Positions 1 to 9,113 of a stretch of DNA of 61,516 nucleotides are shown here, piece by piece. Below the pieces are notes generated by a model. That model saw only the letters and a program-made list of their open reading frames with translations, did no database searches and was not told the origin of the DNA. Made by a program: the position numbers and the translations under genes. The first letter of the stretch is position 1. Every line of letters begins with the position of its first letter. The stretch is from a virus. Its lineage: Duplodnaviria; Caudoviricetes. The DNA is taken from positions 1-61,516 of the IMG/VR virus record IMGVR_UViG_3300036045_000009; one strand, given 5' to 3'.

Positions 1-323
1 CGATCCAACCCATCACGCCGTCGGCGACGAGCATACCGTTCTCGCACGAGGACACGAGTGGCGTGTCCATCAGGCAGCCGCAGGCGCCCGCTGCTCAGCC
101 ATCGCAAAGTGGCCTGCCGGGGCAAGGCGCGAGCACCGCGCAACCTCCGCCAAGCGCGCAGCCCGCGCTGATCCCGCCACAGCGCATGGCGACTGTTCCG
201 GTGACGGCGGCACCTGTCGTTGCCGGCGTCAGCACGAAGGAGACCGCGGCCGGCCAACTGCAGGCGTTGTTGAGCGAGCAGTCGCCCCTGCTCATTTCCG
301 CGCGCACGCGCGCGCAGGAAATG
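1..323. repeat. Terminal direct repeat / circular overlap, left copy
   Basis: 1-323 matches 61194-61516 except for 4 substitutions (46, 59, 64, 196); it lies inside a coding region, as expected for a circularised contig. Confidence 0.95.
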
Positions 324-1214
324 GCGACGGCGCGAGGGCTCCAGAATTCCAGCATCGCCGCGCAGTCTGGCGAGAAAGCGCTGATCGACTCCGCGCTGCC
401 GATCGCTCAGTTCGACGCCGCGAGTCACTTCAACCGTACGAACGCCAATCTCGATGCGGTCAATCGCTTCGGTCTGAACGAGCAGACGATTCAAGGTCAG
501 AAGGACCTCTCCGCCCAGGACGCCGCGCAGCGCGGCACGCTCATGGATCAGGAGACGGCGGCGCGCGTGAAGTTGCTTGCGCAGGAAGGCGCGCAGCGGC
601 TTCAGGAAATCAGCGCGACGACCGACGCGAACATGCGCTTGCAGCAGATGGACCAAGACTTCCGGCTGCTGCAGCAGGACCGCGCTGCCGGCATCGACCT
701 GAGTCTTGAGGACAAGCGCTTCCAGAATCAGCAGGCGCTGCTCATTGCCGAGTACGCGCAGCGCACCGGCCTCTCGCAGACCGAGCAGGTGCAAATGCTC
801 GAGCGCATGAACCTGCAGCACGCGCAGACGTTGGAGCAGATCGCTGCGCAGGCTGCGGCGGCGCAGGCTGCCGACGTCGGCCCGAAGCTGCAAAGCCAGT
901 ACCTCGCGTCGGTCAGTGATCGCATGAACGCAGGCTCGAACGAGATTTCGCAGATTTACCAGACCCAGGGCCTCACGGCGTCGCAACAGCAGACTGCCGT
1001 GCAGAACGCCCAGAACCGCATGGCGGCGGATCTCGCGGCGCTCTCAGCGTACTACCGACAGTCGCCGTTCTGGGACCCGAACTGGGGCGCGAGCGGCATC
1101 ACGAATCCGAACCCGGCGGCGCCGCCAATCATGGGCGGAAACCCGACTACTCCGGTTACGCAGGAGCCAACCGCCCGGCCGATCAACCTCTGGCCGCGCG
1201 CCAATTGGTCATGA
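1..1214 (+). CDS. Putative internal virion / DNA-ejection protein, 3' part (true start ATG 61076 across the junction)
   Basis: Open frame is continuous with ATG 61076 through the overlap; the GTG at 63 is GCG in the other copy; Gln/Ala-rich helical protein containing ARGLQNSSIAAQ, a motif typical of podovirus injection proteins. Confidence 0.6.
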   Translation, partial: IQPITPSATSIPFSHEDTSGVSIRQPQAPAAQPSQSGLPGQGASTAQPPPSAQPALIPPQRMATVPVTAAPVVAGVSTKETAAGQLQALLSEQSPLLISARTRAQEMATARGLQNSSIAAQSGEKALIDSALPIAQFDAASHFNRTNANLDAVNRFGLNEQTIQGQKDLSAQDAAQRGTLMDQETAARVKLLAQEGAQRLQEISATTDANMRLQQMDQDFRLLQQDRAAGIDLSLEDKRFQNQQALLIAEYAQRTGLSQTEQVQMLERMNLQHAQTLEQIAAQAAAAQAADVGPKLQSQYLASVSDRMNAGSNEISQIYQTQGLTASQQQTAVQNAQNRMAADLAALSAYYRQSPFWDPNWGASGITNPNPAAPPIMGGNPTTPVTQEPTARPINLWPRANWS

Positions 1215-1224
1215 AGGAGCGCTG

Positions 1225-1575
1225 ATGCCCTACCCGCACGATCTGAAAAAGTCCGGCGCTGGCGTCAACGACAACGACGTCGTGCTCACGACCGAAGACG
1301 TGTCGGGGTGCAACGAGCACCTCATCCGCGCCACCGCGGGCACGGTCGACGTGGAAGTGGCGATCAACGATGGTACCGTTGGCGGCGCCACGTACACCGA
1401 TTCCGCAACGTTCCCGATCTCGGTGATGAAATTGAACGTCACCAATCCGTCCACGTGGTCGCTCACGATCGCAGCCGGCGAGATCGCGGTGCTCGTTGGT
1501 CGTTTCGATCGCGTGCGGCTCAGGCAGAACGGCGCGACCGCAGCCGCGGCGCATATCTCCAGTTACATCCGGTAA
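1225..1575 (+). CDS. Small beta-rich virion protein (hypothetical)
   Basis: AAGGAG RBS, coding-like codon bias, late operon context. Confidence 0.65.
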   Translation: MPYPHDLKKSGAGVNDNDVVLTTEDVSGCNEHLIRATAGTVDVEVAINDGTVGGATYTDSATFPISVMKLNVTNPSTWSLTIAAGEIAVLVGRFDRVRLRQNGATAAAAHISSYIR

Positions 1576-1599
1576 CGCCACTCTTTCAAGGAGTTTGTC

Positions 1600-2010
1600 A
1601 TGGCGAACAGTTGGTACGACGCAGGATTGGAAGGCTTCGCCGGCGGCGACGTCGCCTGGGACACGAGCGACATCCGCCTCATCTGCATCGACGAAGCGGA
1701 CGACACCATCGACCTGGTGAATGACGACTTTCTCGACGACCGTGCGGCGGCCTCGCGAGTTGCCGTCAGCGGCTCGTTCGGCACCAAGACGAACACCGAC
1801 GGCTACCTCGATGCGGCCGATATCACCCTGACCTCGGTGAGCGGCGACCCGTTCGAGAGCATCGACATCTACTGCCACGACGGCGGCGCTGACTCGGCGC
1901 GTCGGTTGCTCCTGAACTTCGACACAGCGACCGGGCTGCCGCTCACGCCGGATGGCGGCAACGTCACCGTGCAGTGGGACAACGGCACGAACCGCATCGC
2001 ACGGCTGTAA
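1600..2010 (+). CDS. Conserved phage tail-associated structural protein
   Basis: AAGGAG RBS; acidic beta-rich sequence ending LPLTPDGGNVTVQW, typical of a small tail-region protein family. Confidence 0.65.
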   Translation: MANSWYDAGLEGFAGGDVAWDTSDIRLICIDEADDTIDLVNDDFLDDRAAASRVAVSGSFGTKTNTDGYLDAADITLTSVSGDPFESIDIYCHDGGADSARRLLLNFDTATGLPLTPDGGNVTVQWDNGTNRIARL

Positions 2011-2013
2011 GCC

Positions 2014-2397
2014 ATGAACCCCAAGGGGGAGTTGACGCTTGTGCGCGACTCGTTCGATCCGACGCGGACGCTGATCGTCCTAAACGGCAAGGCTGTGGCG
2101 TCTGTGCCGTGGCAAACATGCGACGAAATCGCAAAGAGTTTCACGCGTGCAGCTCGCGCTGGCGAGGAACAGGAGAAGGCAAACAGCATCGTGCTTGCCG
2201 AAGCCGCGCTGATTCGCTCCGGCGCGCCGTTCTCGCTCACGAGCGATTCAAAGATTCGCGACGATGCCTTCACGGAAGCCCAATGGAACTCTCACATGCG
2301 CAAGCGCATGCCCATGCGTGGAGCACCATCCAAGAAGCGGCTCGGCACGCCGACCATCATCAAGCATCGAACAATCGGAGGGAATGGACATGTCTGA
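2014..2397 (+). CDS. Hypothetical protein
   Basis: Tightly packed ORF with protein-like composition. Confidence 0.6.
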   Translation: MNPKGELTLVRDSFDPTRTLIVLNGKAVASVPWQTCDEIAKSFTRAARAGEEQEKANSIVLAEAALIRSGAPFSLTSDSKIRDDAFTEAQWNSHMRKRMPMRGAPSKKRLGTPTIIKHRTIGGNGHV

Positions 2398-2611
2398 TCG
2401 AAGCAACCCTGAAGTTCTTGCCGCGCGCGAAGCGCGTCAGCAGGAGATCGCGACTGTCGAGACGGAGGTCGCTGGGCTGGAGGCGAAACGCGCGGACTTC
2501 GAAGCAACGCGCGTGGAGGCATTGCGTCAGGGACGGCTCGTGTGCGCCGATCTCGACGCGAAGCGTCAGCGACTCGATGGGCTGAAGCGTTCGCTCGGCG
2601 AGCCAGCGTAA
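2390..2611 (+). CDS. Small coiled-coil protein
   Basis: GGAGG upstream, ATG 2390 overlaps the previous gene, heptad-like charged sequence. Confidence 0.55.
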   Translation: MSDRSNPEVLAAREARQQEIATVETEVAGLEAKRADFEATRVEALRQGRLVCADLDAKRQRLDGLKRSLGEPA

Positions 2612-2617
2612 TCGCGT

Positions 2618-3940
2618 GTGGCAGACATTCGGATAGGTCGGGCGTTTGGATGGGAGAACAACGCCCAGATCATTCAAGTCTCTGACGCCCAGACCGGCGT
2701 AGCGCTCGACTATGACGTTGGCGCGCAAGTCACCGGCGAACAGTCGATCGCTCTGACATCTGGCAGTTTGCCAGGGTGTTCTTTTGATCCGCAGACGAAG
2801 CGGATTACCGGCACGCCGACGACGCCAGGCTCATACGACCTTTCTTTTACAGCAGACGATGGCCAGAACACGGTCGTCGCAGACTGGCAATCTCGCATCG
2901 GCGGGCCGGGCGTCGTCTGGTATCACGGGTTCGAGTCGGACAACGAGGTAAATAACTTTCGCTGGACGCCGACGATTGGAAACAATCCGCAGGGCGTCAC
3001 AACACCCAGTTACACGGGGCTTGTTCGTCGGATCACTACAGACGGCTCAGATAAGGGCTCTGGCGTGTCGTGTCTCGAGGTGGTGCGCCTTTCTGGATCA
3101 AGCGATGGGTCTGATTGGTGGCGACCGATGTCGCCGCTTGTAGGCGGGACAACATCCGGCAATGGTCGCGGGGTTGGTCAGAATGACCCCGGCGCTGGCG
3201 GCACTATTATTCCGAGAGCTTTCTCTCCGACCCAAGGTGGTAGCCAGACCGCAGGCTTTTCTCCAGGTCGTTATGGCAATTCCATCTATCACGGCGAGGG
3301 CGGATTCGACGGCACCGAATACTACTTGCAGATGAGGGTCAAGATCGACCCTTTGCGCTGGCAGGGTATCAATGCGAATGCTGTGTACGGGAAACTCATC
3401 TACCTGACGCGCACCGATCGTTCGCTAACCGACCAAGAGATCAATACAGAGACCGCTCGCATCATTGGTGGGAACAGTTACTTTTCGATGTATCGAAGCG
3501 GCAGCCCCGGGCTCCCCCAAGACCCTCCGGGAGTTTCGGTTCACGGGAATCAGCCGGGCACTCAGTTTGGCACTGTCGGTGATGGCGTCTGCCGGTTCGA
3601 CAACAACGGCGGTCGGCTCGCGAACTGCTGGTTCTGGCCTTCTGGCCAATGGACAACAGTTCTCTATCACGTCAGGCCCGGCACCTCGACTGGTCCGCTA
3701 GGGAGCAGCAGCGGCAACAATGACACTCTGGTAGAGGTATGGGTGGCGGTTCAGGGCGCAACTTCCTACACGAAAATCTGGGAGCAAGCGGGCGTCGACC
3801 TGCCGTTCGACAACTTCCACGGTCACAACGCTGTGATCGCGTCGATCTACGAGGGCGGTGAGCCCGGAACCGGCTGGTATCACCGTTACGACCAGATCAT
3901 TTTCTCGAAGCAGTTCATCCCCTGCCCGCAGGTGTGGTGA
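2618..3940 (+). CDS. Putative receptor-binding protein: N-terminal putative Ig (He_PIG-like) domain plus ConA/polysaccharide-lyase-like domain
   Basis: GSLPGCSFDPQTKRITGTPTTPGSYDLSFTADDG is a He_PIG-like pattern; C-terminal WTTVLYHV...VEVWV...YDQIIFSKQFIPCP resembles a beta-sandwich lyase fold. Confidence 0.6.
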   Translation: MADIRIGRAFGWENNAQIIQVSDAQTGVALDYDVGAQVTGEQSIALTSGSLPGCSFDPQTKRITGTPTTPGSYDLSFTADDGQNTVVADWQSRIGGPGVVWYHGFESDNEVNNFRWTPTIGNNPQGVTTPSYTGLVRRITTDGSDKGSGVSCLEVVRLSGSSDGSDWWRPMSPLVGGTTSGNGRGVGQNDPGAGGTIIPRAFSPTQGGSQTAGFSPGRYGNSIYHGEGGFDGTEYYLQMRVKIDPLRWQGINANAVYGKLIYLTRTDRSLTDQEINTETARIIGGNSYFSMYRSGSPGLPQDPPGVSVHGNQPGTQFGTVGDGVCRFDNNGGRLANCWFWPSGQWTTVLYHVRPGTSTGPLGSSSGNNDTLVEVWVAVQGATSYTKIWEQAGVDLPFDNFHGHNAVIASIYEGGEPGTGWYHRYDQIIFSKQFIPCPQVW

Positions 3941-4986
3941 TGGCGGCGTCTGCCAAAACAATCAGGTTTGTTGTGTCAGATCCTTCCGCGTTGGCGACGG
4001 CATGTGCCGCGCTGGCTTCTGGCGCGAATGCGGCGTTCGCGTCTGGCCAACAGTCGTCGTTCACTGAAAACGATTTGTCGTGGCAGACCGCGTTCTATCA
4101 CGACGACGGCCACGGGCTTATCCACCTCATGGGAAAGCCCGCGAACTCGGACACGCAGTGGAAGCACCAGTACTACACGGTTGCCACGAACACGTGGACA
4201 GTAGTTCTGACCGGGGCATGGAACAATCCGGGGCACATCTACGGCAACTTCACGATGGACTTCGTGACCGGCGATGTGTTCCAGCAGCGCGGCTTTAACG
4301 GCGTCGACAATGTGCGTCGACTTCGCCGTTGGGACTACACGCAGCGCGCGAGCGGCGCGGCAGCGTGGGGGCTTGCCCCGATCAATCAGGACATGTTCAC
4401 CGGCAACGAGGACAATCACGGTAACGGTGTCTGTTATCACCCGAACCTCTACGGAACGAACGACGGCGGTGCGATTTGGAGCACGCAGTCACAGATTCAT
4501 TTCTGGCGCCGCAACACGGATGGTCGTCAAACCATCGGCTACACCTACGGCGCTTATGGCGAGAAGGAAGGCGCGAACTGTTATTGGCCCGCGCAGAATT
4601 CGTGTTTCGTAGGCGGTTCCGCCGGTCCCGACGGCAACAATTTGCTGCGCGTGACGCCAAATGTCAGCGCAGGCGGCACGCCTGTACTGGCCAACATGGG
4701 CACACCGCCGATTCGTTGTCAGGGCGCTTCGCATCTTGGCGGGTCTGGATTCGGGTCTCTGCATGTACACCCAGGAAATCCCAACAAGATGCTGTTGATA
4801 GAGACAGCGGGTTCTCGCGTCTACGAGACGAGCAATGGGTCAACTTGGACCCAGATCAGCAATCACCCGTTCACGATGGTGCCGCGTGTGCTGTGTTCGC
4901 TGCGCGGCGGCTTGGGTTGCGTGTGGGCGATCGGTCGTAACAGCGGCGGCACGCACTATTCGCAACTTTGGAAGCCGGCACCGTAA
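3940..4986 (+). CDS. Beta-propeller protein (Kelch/BNR-like), probable virion appendage
   Basis: YTVATNTW and ETSNGSTWTQ blade/Asp-box-like motifs, rich in Gly/Trp/Asn; TGATG coupling to the upstream gene. Confidence 0.55.
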   Translation: MAASAKTIRFVVSDPSALATACAALASGANAAFASGQQSSFTENDLSWQTAFYHDDGHGLIHLMGKPANSDTQWKHQYYTVATNTWTVVLTGAWNNPGHIYGNFTMDFVTGDVFQQRGFNGVDNVRRLRRWDYTQRASGAAAWGLAPINQDMFTGNEDNHGNGVCYHPNLYGTNDGGAIWSTQSQIHFWRRNTDGRQTIGYTYGAYGEKEGANCYWPAQNSCFVGGSAGPDGNNLLRVTPNVSAGGTPVLANMGTPPIRCQGASHLGGSGFGSLHVHPGNPNKMLLIETAGSRVYETSNGSTWTQISNHPFTMVPRVLCSLRGGLGCVWAIGRNSGGTHYSQLWKPAP

Positions 4987-6414
4987 ATGGCGCAAGCATT
5001 CAAAGACTTTAGCGGGTATTCGACCGGAGCCATTGGGTCTGTATCCGGCGGCGATTTCAGCGTGCAGGTCGCTGGCGGCGGTAACTGGACGCAGAACTGC
5101 GAGGATGTCAGCGGTACGAAGATGTTGCGCATCACACGCACGTCGTCTGGTACCGCCGGGAATCTTGTTGTGTGCGATGCGCTAGGCGCAGCCACGTCTG
5201 GCGACATCGAAGTCGTCGTCAAGATGCGGCGCGGGGCGAATCCTGACAGCGCCGCCATAGACGGACCGACCCTTTCTGATTCCTCCGGTAATTCCTACGG
5301 CATCGCTTGGGGGGATTCTGGCGGGCAGTTTCAACTAGGGCGATGGTCGTCTCTGACGGGCTCGCCTACGCAGATAGGCTCTGACTTCGGCACCGGTATC
5401 GGTGCGAACACTTGGTTTTGGGTTCGTCTTGGTCGAAGCGGTACCACGATTCGCGCGAAAGCGTGGGCGGATGGTTCCGGTGAGCCTGGTTCGTGGCAGA
5501 CATCTGGCACAGACACCAATATCACCAGCGTCAAGGCAGGATTCGCGTGCGCCGAGTACCAATGGACGCCGTATGACTGCGGCGCATTTGGTGTTGGCAC
5601 TGGTGGAGATGCTGCGCCGACGAGCGGTGGTGGTCTCGTCACACAGTCTGGTCTTGCAAGTGCCGCCGCGTATGGGTCCCATGCTATCGCAAACACTGTC
5701 GAGAGCGCGCAACCGAGCGGTATTGCGACGAGCACGGTGTACGGCTCGCACACGCTCTCGAAAGTTGCCGCGCGCACGTTAGGCCCTGTTGGCAATCTCA
5801 GCTCCTCTGCGTTGTACGGTTCTCATTCCATCGCGTCGAGCGGAGCGATTCAGTACGTTCAGCCATCAGGCATAGGCACGTCGAGCGCCTTCGGTACTCA
5901 CGCGTTGGCAAAAGTTGCGGCGCGCAGTCTTGGACCTGTCGGGAATCTGGGGTCAGCAGCGGTCTACGGCACGCAGACCGCCGCCAAGACGGCCGCGTCC
6001 GAGGGCATACCGAGCGCGGTTGTTTACGGCACGCATCAAATAGCGAGCCAGGGTACAGATGTCATCGGGCATCAGGGGAAGTCGAGCGCGGCCGTCTATG
6101 GGTCGCACACGGTGGCAAAGGTTGCTGCCCAGGTCGTACCGCCTGCAGGAAACTCGAGCGCGGCGGTGTACGGCTCGCACGCGCTGACGATCTCTGGCGT
6201 GGCCGCCATTGCGCCGAGCGGCCTGGTGTCGCCGGCTATCTACGGCGCTCCGACGGTGGCGCTCGCGAACAAGTTAATTGGGATGACTGGCATTTCGAGC
6301 GCGGGCATCGGAGGTATCCCAAAGATGCTTGGCGGCGCGGCGCCGACGGGCAACGGAATGTCCGCGCGTTGCCGCTGGCGGCGATCGAGGCCGCGCAGGA
6401 GTCGTGCGGCGTGA
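4987..6414 (+). CDS. Fibre/spike-like protein: lectin-like N-terminal domain plus about nine S-x-x-x-Y/F-G-S/T-H repeats
   Basis: WFWVRL...IRAKAWADGSGEPGSW ConA-like strand pattern; repeated SAAVYGSH units. Confidence 0.6.
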   Translation: MAQAFKDFSGYSTGAIGSVSGGDFSVQVAGGGNWTQNCEDVSGTKMLRITRTSSGTAGNLVVCDALGAATSGDIEVVVKMRRGANPDSAAIDGPTLSDSSGNSYGIAWGDSGGQFQLGRWSSLTGSPTQIGSDFGTGIGANTWFWVRLGRSGTTIRAKAWADGSGEPGSWQTSGTDTNITSVKAGFACAEYQWTPYDCGAFGVGTGGDAAPTSGGGLVTQSGLASAAAYGSHAIANTVESAQPSGIATSTVYGSHTLSKVAARTLGPVGNLSSSALYGSHSIASSGAIQYVQPSGIGTSSAFGTHALAKVAARSLGPVGNLGSAAVYGTQTAAKTAASEGIPSAVVYGTHQIASQGTDVIGHQGKSSAAVYGSHTVAKVAAQVVPPAGNSSAAVYGSHALTISGVAAIAPSGLVSPAIYGAPTVALANKLIGMTGISSAGIGGIPKMLGGAAPTGNGMSARCRWRRSRPRRSRAA

Positions 6415-6884
6415 GTGCGCCAACCATCCGGCAAGCCACGCACGCTGACATCCCCGTATTGATAGAACTGTTCCTGCGCTTGAAGCGCGCGTCGCCGTAC
6501 GTGACCGCTCCGCACAGCCTAGAGCGCGCTCGCGCGACCATGCGGCGGTGCATTTCCTCGCCAAGCGGTTACCTTGCGCTGGCGGAGCACCAGGGCAAGA
6601 TCGTAGGCGCGCTCATGGGCGAGACGATCGAGTATTGGTGGAGCGGGCGGCACTATGCGACGGATCACTCGATGTTTTCGACGATGCCAGGCGCTGGAAG
6701 CGCGCTCGTCGAGGACTTCTGCAGGTGGGCATGGTCCCGGCCGAATGTCCTCGAAGTGCTGGTCGGGCAGTCGAGCGGCGATGAGCCGGCGCGCACTCGT
6801 GCGCTGTTCGAGCATCTCGGGTTCGAGTACGCCGGGGGGCTCTTCCGGCTCGCACGCTACGACGCGATGAGAGGTGCGGCATGA
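6411..6884 (+). CDS. GNAT-family acetyltransferase (podovirus head/ejection module type)
   Basis: IRQATHADIP start, GAGSALVEDFCRWA motif A, LFEHLGF end; GTG overlaps the upstream stop. Confidence 0.8.
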   Translation: MSAPTIRQATHADIPVLIELFLRLKRASPYVTAPHSLERARATMRRCISSPSGYLALAEHQGKIVGALMGETIEYWWSGRHYATDHSMFSTMPGAGSALVEDFCRWAWSRPNVLEVLVGQSSGDEPARTRALFEHLGFEYAGGLFRLARYDAMRGAA

Positions 6885-7780
6885 GCGGAGTAGCGAAGAA
6901 GATCAAGAAAACCTTCAAGAAGGTGTGGAAGTCCCTGAAGAAAGTGGTCACGGTCGTCGCGATCGCCGCCGCCGTGTACTTCACCGCCGGCCTCGCGCTA
7001 TCCGCCTTTCCCGCGACCGCGAGCTTCGCGGCGTCGATGCCGGGATTCGCCGGAGGAGGATTCATGGGCCTGGGCATTGGCTCGGGCGCGACCGCGGGTA
7101 CCGGCATTTTCACGAAGGTCGCGGCGAAGTTCGGACTCGCGGCAATCGGCAAGGGCGGCGGGCTCGTCGGCGGCGCGCTGGCGTCTGGCACGAGCACGGC
7201 TGCGCTCGCGAACGCAGGAATCTCGGCCGCGCAGCTTGGCGCGGGCGCGGCGTCGGCCGCGAACTCGGGGCTGATTTCTGGCGCTGCGGCCAGTGCGTCA
7301 CAGGCCGTTGCACCGGCTGCCGTAGCCTCGGCGTCCGGTGCGCCGCTCGCTGCCACGAAGGCTGGCGTAGAGGCGGGCGTCGCGCTCAGTACGGGCAGCG
7401 CGGTCGGCCCCGCGGCCAGTGCGGGCATGGCGCTGTCCGACAAGTTGCTGCTCGCGAGCACCGGACTGAAAGCCGTCAGCGGGCTGCTCGCGCCGTCGCC
7501 CCGTGAAATCGCCGACGCGCAAAAGCGCTGGTCCGGCGCATTTTACGGTGACGAAGGTGGGGGCGCAGCAGCGCCGCCTCCTCCGCCGCTGATTCCCCTG
7601 CCCTCGACCGCGGCCGCCAAAGTGAAGCCGCCATCGGGCGCGAAGCGCACGGTGCCGTCGGACACGAGTGCCGCACGCAACGCCCTCATCAGTCCGAGCT
7701 ATCGCTACGGTCAGACCGGCAGCGGCAAGCCGGCGAGCGTTGTCGACGCTGAATTCGGCGTGCAGGAGAGCGCGGCGTGA
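6881..7780 (+). CDS. Putative DNA-ejection (pilot) protein
   Basis: Basic amphipathic N-terminus (KKIKKTFKKVWKSLKK) followed by long Ala/Gly hydrophobic stretches; position directly after the GNAT gene. Confidence 0.65.
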   Translation: MSGVAKKIKKTFKKVWKSLKKVVTVVAIAAAVYFTAGLALSAFPATASFAASMPGFAGGGFMGLGIGSGATAGTGIFTKVAAKFGLAAIGKGGGLVGGALASGTSTAALANAGISAAQLGAGAASAANSGLISGAAASASQAVAPAAVASASGAPLAATKAGVEAGVALSTGSAVGPAASAGMALSDKLLLASTGLKAVSGLLAPSPREIADAQKRWSGAFYGDEGGGAAAPPPPPLIPLPSTAAAKVKPPSGAKRTVPSDTSAARNALISPSYRYGQTGSGKPASVVDAEFGVQESAA

Positions 7781-8484
7781 AGCCGAAGGAGAAAGCCGGC
7801 AAGGCGAAGCGCAACGTCGGGCGCATGAGCGCGCCGGTCACGCCTGCGCCTCGACGAGATCCGGCGCAGGTGCGTCCGCGGCTGCTCCCCGGCACCGATG
7901 AAACGAGCGGCGAGTTCGCGGCGGCGCCCAGCGAGCAGGCGGAACTCGAACAGGTCGTCGACAAGGCCATGCGCATGATCCACGGGCGGGATTCCCGCGA
8001 TCAGACGTTGCGCGCGCTCCATGATCCGTCGGCGACGGTGGCGGAAACCGTCGGCCGTGCCGCGTATCGCGTGCTCTCAGCCGTGAGCGATCAGAAGCGA
8101 GCGACGACCAAGGAACCTGTGTCGGAGACCGTGCTGCAGGAGGCCGCCGGCTACGTCGTGCCGGAACTACTGAAGGTCGGCATAGCCGCGGGACTGTTCC
8201 CGATCGAGGACGACTCCGAGTCTCGCGATGAAGTCGGCGACACCGATTCCGAGTTCGACGAGCAAGTGCGCCTAGCCATGCTCGAGGCGACCAAAGCGTA
8301 CGGCGAGAACGAACTGCGCGGGCCGAACGGCGCGCGGCGCAGCGAGGAAGCGCAGGACGAGTGGACGCGGGGCGTCGCGCAGGAAGTCAGCAGCGGTAGC
8401 GCCGATCCCGAGTTCATGCAGATGGCGCAGAGCCAGCTCGCGCCGCCGCAGCAACAGCAAAAGCTGATCGAGGAGGGCGCCTGA
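7777..8484 (+). CDS. Hypothetical protein, ejection module
   Basis: Coupled ORF with helical composition. Confidence 0.6.
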   Translation: MKPKEKAGKAKRNVGRMSAPVTPAPRRDPAQVRPRLLPGTDETSGEFAAAPSEQAELEQVVDKAMRMIHGRDSRDQTLRALHDPSATVAETVGRAAYRVLSAVSDQKRATTKEPVSETVLQEAAGYVVPELLKVGIAAGLFPIEDDSESRDEVGDTDSEFDEQVRLAMLEATKAYGENELRGPNGARRSEEAQDEWTRGVAQEVSSGSADPEFMQMAQSQLAPPQQQQKLIEEGA

Positions 8485-9113
8485 TGGGCCTGAACTGGTC
8501 GCGCGCGCTGGAAGGAGCTGCGGAAGGTGTCGCTGTGATGGGCGCCCACCAGGCACGCCGCGAGGATCAGGAAATCGAGCAGTTGCGGCAGGAGAACTTC
8601 GCCCGCCTTACCGCGGGGTTGGCGATGGAGCGAGACCGCGCGAACAACGCCGACATCGACAAGCGGCAAAAGGACCGCGACGCCGCGATCGAGGATCGGC
8701 AGGACAGGCGTGACGCCGCCATGTTTGGCCGCCAGCAGAAACTCATCGAGTCGCAGGAGGCGCGCGAGGACATGCGCAATGCGCGCGCGATGGAACTCGA
8801 CGAGCGCCGCTCGATGCGCGAGAGGCTGGCCGACGCCAAGGCGCGCGCGGGTGAACTTCGGAAGCAAGAAGCTGATGCGCTCGCTGAACTCGAAGCGCTC
8901 GAAACCTCGACGATCGCCGATCCGAAGGTGATAGCGCGCCGGCGCCGACAGCTCGAGGAAATAGTCGGCGACCGGCAACTGGCCGAGCGTGACATCGTGC
9001 GCTTCCAGCAGCGTGGTATGCCTACACCGCCGCGCCGCGGTCAACCGTTCGCCCCATCGAAAGACCCGTTCGAGTTCGGTCCACAGCTCATCCCAACGCA
9101 ACCGGGGCGCTGA
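8484..9113 (+). CDS. Coiled-coil internal virion protein
   Basis: GGAGG RBS, TGATG coupling at both ends, Arg/Glu/Gln coiled coil. Confidence 0.65.
   Translation: MGLNWSRALEGAAEGVAVMGAHQARREDQEIEQLRQENFARLTAGLAMERDRANNADIDKRQKDRDAAIEDRQDRRDAAMFGRQQKLIESQEAREDMRNARAMELDERRSMRERLADAKARAGELRKQEADALAELEALETSTIADPKVIARRRRQLEEIVGDRQLAERDIVRFQQRGMPTPPRRGQPFAPSKDPFEFGPQLIPTQPGR

Noticed and set aside
63-65. GTG 63 as the start of the first ORF
   Set aside because: The codon is GCG in the other copy and the frame is open back to ATG 61076
1-323. Diversity-generating retroelement TR/VR pair
   Set aside because: No reverse transcriptase seen, the copies are at the contig ends, and the mismatches are not adenine-specific on one strand
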